Below, piece after piece: positions 58,182-64,000 of a DNA stretch of 64,000 nt. This DNA is from an uncultured Nitrospiraceae bacterium (lineage in GTDB: Bacteria > Nitrospirota > Nitrospiria > Nitrospirales > Nitrospiraceae), in NCBI GenBank assembly GCA_963824855.1, contig CAWGQP010000002.1, positions 17,858 through 81,857 on the forward strand, written 5' to 3'. A program made the translations under genes and the position numbers. The notes below the pieces were generated by a model. That model had not been told where the DNA came from. It did not search any database and was given only the letters and a program-made list of their open reading frames with translations. Each line of letters opens with the position of its first letter. Positions within the stretch are counted from its first letter, which is position 1.

Positions 58182-58894
58182 GCACCGATTCTGACTCTTC
58201 CATCACCCATTAATTCGGACTGCTTCTTTTCAGAAAATCGTCCGTTGATGTGTACGCGGCTGCTTACGGTTTTGGCTGATTTCCACCAGTGATCTGCTAA
58301 CGGCGAAGCCGGCTCCATCGAACGAAAGGGCGTTACTTTGATGGCGATGTGATCGTTAACCGTGCGGCAGACGTGCTCGCACATGCCGCATCCTACACAA
58401 CGTTCAACCGCCACTACAAGCCGTTGTGTATCAAAATCCATGGCCAGCGCATCCGTGGGACATTTCGACACACAGGCATGACACCCCTGCCCCGCCGTGC
58501 AGAGTCGATGGTTCACGACGGCCACCCCCATCCGGACGTCCTGCGTTCCTGCGACCGGCAGCAAGGCTTCGGTCGCACAGGCGGCGATGCAGGGCACGTC
58601 GTCGCAGAGGTAGCAAGGCATCTGGTCGGGGAAAATCACGGGAGTGCCGTCGGGATGCAACACAATCGAGTCATGTGGGCAGGCTTTCACGCAGTCGCTG
58701 CACTTGGTGCACCGCTCGAAAAACAGCGCTTCGCCGACCGCGCCAGGCGGCCGCAGCCAATCCGTCCGCATGGGAGGCGCCGGCTTCTCGGGCGCCGCGT
58801 CCACATGGGCGGCATATTCCTTCGCCGCCTTCGCGACCGAGAGGACGGAATCCTTGAAAAAGTCGCGCCGTCCGTATTTCGGATCAGTTGCCAT
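58178..58894 (-). CDS. NapG/MauM-like poly-ferredoxin
   Basis: GRRDFF twin-Arg-like motif, LRPPGA, CTKCSDCVKACP, CYLCDDVPCIAAC, C....GCHACVSKCP, CVGCGMCEHVC; real stop probably near 58300. Confidence 0.85.
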   Translation of the reverse strand: MATDPKYGRRDFFKDSVLSVAKAAKEYAAHVDAAPEKPAPPMRTDWLRPPGAVGEALFFERCTKCSDCVKACPHDSIVLHPDGTPVIFPDQMPCYLCDDVPCIAACATEALLPVAGTQDVRMGVAVVNHRLCTAGQGCHACVSKCPTDALAMDFDTQRLVVAVERCVGCGMCEHVCRTVNDHIAIKVTPFRSMEPASPLADHWWKSAKTVSSRVHINGRFSEKKQSELMGDGRVRIGA

Positions 58895-58902
58895 CAGATG
58901 GC

Positions 58903-58978
58903 AAATCTCAGATGAGAGATCTCAAATCTCACACCGGCCATTTGAAATATTGAGATCTGAGATATGAGATTTCCATTT
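58903..58978. repeat. Inverted arrays of 7-bp units (AATCTCA / TGAGATH)
   Basis: aaatctcagatgagagatctcaaatctca ... ttgagatctgagatatgagatttcc. Confidence 0.6.
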
Positions 58979-58985
58979 CTCAGGA

Positions 58986-59985
58986 TTACATCACGCCGTC
59001 CGCGCGAAGCTTGTACACCTCGACACAGCGGTCGCAGGCGCCGAACTCGACGTCCCAGCCCGGATGATTTTCGCGGATGAAATCCAGCACATAGGATTCG
59101 ATCTTGTTCCCCATGTCCTCGACCCAGGAATAGGTCGGGAAGCGGCACAGCGGGCACGGGAAAGCCCGGCATCAGCATGACCTTGTTTTCGGTCTCCGGC
59201 ACTTCGCCGCCTTCGACGTCGACGGCGCGGTCCATGACCCGCAAGGTGTCCGTCGCCATTTCGATCAATTCTGCGTGCGTGAAGAAGCTCGTCTGCCACA
59301 AGCCTTCGAAGACGGATTTGAGCTGCAGAGCGGGAATTTTCCGGTACCACGACCGAAATTCCTTGAACCGGTCTTCTTTCCGGAGCATCGGTTCCTTGCC
59401 GGCGGCCGTCAACCGGCTATCGACGCTCAAGCTCCAGAGGATGCGGTAGCGGTGGAGGATGAGGGTTTCTTCGCCGGGGTTCAGCCCGACCTTGGTATCG
59501 GGATCGTAGCCAAAGACCGGATCCAGCATGTCTGAAATGTGCATGAGCTCATGCCGGCAATACCGTGTCAGCGCCGGATCATAAAATCGCCGGGGGATGA
59601 GCTTGATCCCGATGCCCTTCAGGCCCTTCTCTTCGAACTGCCTGGCCAGATCGTGCTCGACCGATCCCCATTTGCGCAGGATGTCGACGCCTTCCTGATC
59701 TTCTTTGAGCACGCCTTTGACGAGCACGATGCCGACCTTATCTTTGACGAGCGGATACTCGTTGAATGCATCGCGGATAATGTCGGAGAACCCCCAGGTG
59801 CCGAAGAGATACTGGTAGAGCTTCTTGAACTCGCTTTCCCGATCGTCGAGCGTGAACTTTTCGTAGATCGGATCCGCCAGTTCGTGGAACTCCTTATAGT
59901 AGGTGGGGTCCCCTTCCCGTTCGGTTTTTTCCACGAACGAGTCGATCACTTCCTGCAGCAAAGCAGGCTGAAAACGCAGTTCCAT
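58986..59985 (-). CDS. Hypothetical protein with HExxH motif and C-terminal Cys pairs, frameshift near 59160
   Basis: MELRFQPALL..., RHELMHISD; removing one base gives MPGFPCPLCRFPTYSW...GACDRCVEVYKLRADGVM*. Confidence 0.75.
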
Positions 59986-60106
59986 ATCAGCCTCGGTATT
60001 CCGGTTTCGGGGCCGCTTTCCCCAGTCGTGGTGCGGTGTGGACGGCGCTCTCGAGCGGCTTGACTTGGCGCCGTAGCTTCTCTTACGATCTCCAAATCGA
60101 CCGCAA

Positions 60107-60136
60107 ATTATACTGGCTAGAAACGGCGATTTGCAA
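60107..60136 (-). promoter_or_regulatory. Candidate sigma70 promoter TTGCAA-N18-TATAAT
   Basis: In the divergent intergenic region upstream of the 59985 gene. Confidence 0.45.
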
Positions 60137-60191
60137 TCAAGCCCGTCGTCGCCGGCCGGTTGACCAATAAGGATTCGGCAAGGTACCACCC

Positions 60192-61286
60192 ATGACACAA
60201 CCAAGCGCCTCCTCGACCGTTCCCGCACAGCCTTCAGCTCCAGCCGCCGCTCCGACGAGTCCGATTGACTCGCTCGAATATTGGACAGCGGGCGCCCGCG
60301 AAGTCCGAACATTCCGCGGACATTCGCACGGCGTCTGGTCCGTCGCGTTTGCGCCGGACGGCTTGACGCTCGCCAGCGCCGGCGTCGACCGTCTCGTCCG
60401 GATCTGGGACATTGAGACCGGCCGGCTGCTTCGATCGCTGCGCGGCCATACCCACGATATCCGCGCCGTCGTCTATACGCCGGACGGTCAGTCGTTGGCC
60501 ACGGGCAGCGAAGACCGGACAATCCGCTTGTGGAATCCCAAGACCGGCGAACCGTTGAAACTGCTCTTCACCCGCTACGATCACAACATCTGCAGCCTCT
60601 CGCTGTCTCCCGACGGCTTGATGCTGGCGCGAGGCAGCCACAACAAGGACATCAAGATCTGGGAAGTCACGACCGGAACCGAGTTGATGACCTTCCTGGG
60701 CAAAGACCAGTACGATCACCATTGGTCGGTCTGCGTGGCGTTCTCACCCGACGGCCGCCATCTGGCCAGCGGCATGGACATCGGCAAGATCAAGATCTGG
60801 GAAGTCCTGCCCAGCGGCGAAGAGAAGGTTCTGCACAACGGACACTGGCAGGAAACCGAGGAAGACTCGACCGAGACGCGCGGGTATTTCATCGAGGACG
60901 ACGGCGGATTCCAAAAGCCGATGGACTATTGGATCGGGGCCATGACCTTCACGCCTGACGCCAAGTACCTCATCACCGGCAGCCGCGATCAGACGATCAA
61001 AATATTCGAAATGCCGGAGGCGCTCGAGCAGCGAACGTTGAAGGGCCACGGAGGCTGGGTCCGCTCGCTGATCGTCACGGCAGACGGCAAAGTCCTCATC
61101 AGCGCCGGCGACGACAACACCATCCGGTTCTGGGATCTGAAATCCGGCCGCTGCTTCCGCACGCTCAAGGGCCACACAGGCGGCGTGCGGGGCGTGGCGC
61201 TGTCCGCGGACGGCCTCCGCCTCGCAAGTGCGTCATGGGACCGGACGGTGAAATTGTGGGAAGGCGGGGCTGAGCCAGCGGAGTAA
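60192..61286 (+). CDS. WD40 repeat protein
   Basis: Seven GH...V..V.F.PDG..LASG..D.TI.IW units. Confidence 0.93.
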   Translation: MTQPSASSTVPAQPSAPAAAPTSPIDSLEYWTAGAREVRTFRGHSHGVWSVAFAPDGLTLASAGVDRLVRIWDIETGRLLRSLRGHTHDIRAVVYTPDGQSLATGSEDRTIRLWNPKTGEPLKLLFTRYDHNICSLSLSPDGLMLARGSHNKDIKIWEVTTGTELMTFLGKDQYDHHWSVCVAFSPDGRHLASGMDIGKIKIWEVLPSGEEKVLHNGHWQETEEDSTETRGYFIEDDGGFQKPMDYWIGAMTFTPDAKYLITGSRDQTIKIFEMPEALEQRTLKGHGGWVRSLIVTADGKVLISAGDDNTIRFWDLKSGRCFRTLKGHTGGVRGVALSADGLRLASASWDRTVKLWEGGAEPAE

Positions 61287-61294
61287 GATGCGGG

Positions 61295-61550
61295 CCGGTC
61301 GCGGCTAGCCTGCTCCACGCGCGCTCGGGTGAGAACCGCACTGCGCCGGCGCGGCTGCTCGGCTGCCGCAACTCGTTCCGTTCGAAGACCTACGTCTAGA
61401 ACGGAACATCGGACAGTGCGTCTCGCCATCGCCTGTTCGGATCTGACCATCACGCGTCAGGTGCATGCGACCCATCGCAAGTCGCAGCTAGCTCCACCAT
61501 CCTCACCCATCAGCTTCACCTGAAGGAATGAAGAAAGGCGACAAGCCGCT
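61295..61550 (-). repeat. Degenerate A-type hairpin element
   Basis: GACAGTGCGTCTCGCCATCGCC and CCCATCGCAAGTCGCAGCTAGCTCCACCATCC match the 34342 and 35430 copies. Confidence 0.72.
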
Positions 61551-63060
61551 TCAAGGCCGCTCGCCGCCATTTTCGAGAGCTGAAGCGAACTCTCGATTCG
61601 CACTCGCTTCATCTTGGCCTCGTCGTCTTCGCGGTTCGTCTTTGGCGGACGGGATGCCGTAGCGCTTGCACTTCTCCCACAGCGCTTTTCGGGAGAGCCC
61701 CAGTATCTTTGACGCGGTCGTGCGGCTGCCTTCCACTTTTTCCAGCACCGAAAGGATGTACTCCTTCTCGAACTCCTCCCGCGCCGCCATGAGCGAATTC
61801 AATGGGCGCTCCGCCCGCTTCTGTCCCGTCAAACCTTCGCTACAAAATCCACACGTGTCTTGGGGGACGCCGCCGGTGAAGGGACAGGTCTGAAACCCGC
61901 ACAAGTCCTGTGGCTGCACCGGTTCGCGGTCGCGTCCCAGCGCCACGGCCCGCTCGACCATGTTCTCGAGTTCCCGCACGTTGCCTGGGAACGAATAGCG
62001 CAGCAGCAGCTCCCGTGAGACCGGCGAAAAGCCTTTCAGCTTCTTGTTCATCTTGACCGAACAGCTCTGCAGCACGTGGTCGGCGATGACCATGATGTCT
62101 TCCTGCCGCTTTCTCAACGGTGGAATCACGACCTGGACGACGTTCAAGCGGTAGAACAAATCCTCTCGGAACCGTCCCATCGACACTTCCTTGCGCAAAT
62201 CCTTTTGCGTGGCGCACACCAGGCGGACATCGACGTCGATCGTCTCGTTGCCCCCGACCCGCTCGAATTTGCGTTCCTGCAGCACCCGCAACAGTTTGAC
62301 CTGAACGACCGGGGAAATCTCACCGATTTCGTCGAGAAACAGCGTGCCGCGATGGGCCAACTCGAACCGCCCTCGCCGCTGCCGCAAGGCGCCGGTGAAC
62401 GCGCCCTTCTCATGGCCGAACAACTCCGCTTCCAGCAGCGTCTCCGGCAACGCCGCACAACTCACCTTGATGAGCGGATGCTGGCTGCGGGCGCTGTTCT
62501 GATGAATGGCATTGGCGACCAGCTCTTTTCCCGTGCCGCTCTCGCCCAGGATCAGGATCGTCGAATCGGTGCCCGCCACGGTCTTGATCTTGTCCAGCAC
62601 GCCGCGCATCTGGCTGTTCGTGCCGAGAATGCCGTTGAAGCAAAACTTGCTCTCCAACGTTTCCTTCAGGTCCTGGTTTTCACGGCGCAACGCGATAACG
62701 CGGCCGACCCGCTCGACGATCAAGAGGAGCTCGTCCATCTGGAAAGGCTTCGTGATGTAGTCAAAGGCGCCCAGCTTCATGGCACCGACCGCGGATTCCA
62801 CCGACCCGTGGGCCGTGATCATGACGACCTCGGTCTCGGGCGACTTGTCTTTCGTGGCCTTGAGAACCGTGAGCCCATCCGCGCCTGGCAGCCGCAGATC
62901 GGTGATGACCAGATCGAACGGTCTTCTGGCGCAGCACGTCGAGGCCTTCCGTGCCCGACGCCGCGGCATGGACGTCGTAGCCGACCGCTTCCAGGGCATC
63001 GACCATCGACAGCCGCATGAGGGGCTCGTCGTCGACCAACAGGATGGCCATCCCCTTCAT
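61551..63060 (-). CDS. Sigma54-dependent response regulator (NtrC family), frameshift near 62920
   Basis: [51 protein letters not shown]-terminal HTH. Confidence 0.92.
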
Positions 63061-64000
63061 GACACTCTTTCCACCAATGACCGCTCTCTCGACAACGGTA
63101 GACATAAGGTAAATGTGGTTCCTTTCCCGACTTCGCTCTCCACCAGAATCTTACCACCATGCCGCTCTGCAATGCCGAGACTCACCGAGAGCCCCAGCCC
63201 CGTCCCCTCGCCTTCGTTCTTCGTCGTGAAAAACGGATCGAAGATGCGCGGCAGCACTGTCGGCGGAATGCCGGAGCCGGTATCGCTGACCTCGACCCGG
63301 CATACGCCCTCAGCGACCGTCGTCCGGATCGTCAGCACCCCGCCGCCTTTCATGGCTTGCACGGCGTTCAGAATCAGATTCATCAAGACCTGCTCGATCA
63401 TGTGCCGATCGACCATGAGGCTCGGCAAGGCGGGCCCCAGCAGCGTCTCGAGCCGGATAAGATTCGGCGCGAACAAGTGGTTCGTCAGCACGAGCACGCG
63501 GTCGACGATCTGATTGATGTCGGTGGAGCTGAACTCGGGCTCGTGCTGCTGCGAAAAATCGAGCAGCTGCCGCACGATCTTCTGGACGCGCCGGACACCG
63601 TCCTCCATCGACACCCAGTATTCTTCTTGACGCGCCGGGGACAGGGTGCCTTTGCGCAGGTTATAGAGACAGTTCAGGATACCGGCGAGCGGGTTGTTGA
63701 TTTCATGCGCGACGCCGGCGGCCAGTTTCCCGACGGATGCCAGCTTCTCGGAATTCCTGAATCTGCTGCTCCAGTTTCTTGGTGTCGGTCATGTCGCGGG
63801 CGATGCCGAGCACGCCCAGAATTTCTCCCTCGGCGCCGTGCAGCGGAGACACGCTGACCATCACCGTGCGGGGTTCTCCCATCCGCGTCACCACTTCCAC
63901 CTCGTAAACCTGCTTGGCACCGATGTCGAGCGTGTTCTTGAGGCGGCGGCCCCGATGGCGGCGAGACAACAACGAGAGATAGGGACGGCCGAGCAGGTCG
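63057..64000 (-). CDS. PAS-domain sensor histidine kinase (5' end outside the window), frameshift near 63760
   Basis: PAC motif (VSVSPL...ILGVLGIARDMT), H-box AHEINNP in the shifted frame, QVLMNLILNA, FDPFFTTK, GTGLGL. Confidence 0.88.

Noticed and set aside
58894-60522. 542-aa ORF as a single protein
   Set aside because: The N-terminal 179 aa overlap the WD40 gene and promoter region, and the tail is out of frame; the real gene is ~58986..59985
1-64000. tRNA, rRNA, integrase, transposase or prophage genes
   Set aside because: None recognised by eye; a tRNAscan/Infernal run would be needed to exclude small RNAs

Overview
A GC-rich bacterial chromosomal window, most likely from a Nitrospira-type nitrite oxidiser (inferred from the gene cluster at 46-64 kb). 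Metabolic and transport genes include tal-gnd-zwf, an Mla/Pqi-like ABC system run together with an RND efflux operon, aceE-aceF-lpdA, pssA, pal, a DAACS symporter and a MOSC protein. Regulatory genes include two type II toxin-antitoxin pairs and a cNMP-kinase/REC-TrxB/DsbA/DedA-rhodanese operon whose thiol motifs are non-canonical. The right third is a nitrite-oxidoreductase accessory island: two EbdC-like heme-b 'NxrC' genes, a TorD/DmsD chaperone, NapG-like ferredoxin, TatA, two pentaheme cytochromes, a B12 radical SAM enzyme, NHL/TPR/WD40 proteins and a sigma54 two-component system. Many of these genes carry single-base indels that look like assembly error. The most unusual signal is non-coding. 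About 11 intergenic loci belong to one family of long hairpin elements with a shared leader (AATGATCCYTCCAAGCTYGCTYGT), co-varying stems and conserved internal loops. They are nested inside each other's loops at fixed sites, up to four levels deep, and a ~45-bp 'passenger' module also enters a second, TIR-bounded MITE family. No transposase is present in the window. All calls come from motif recognition by eye; no database searches were run.
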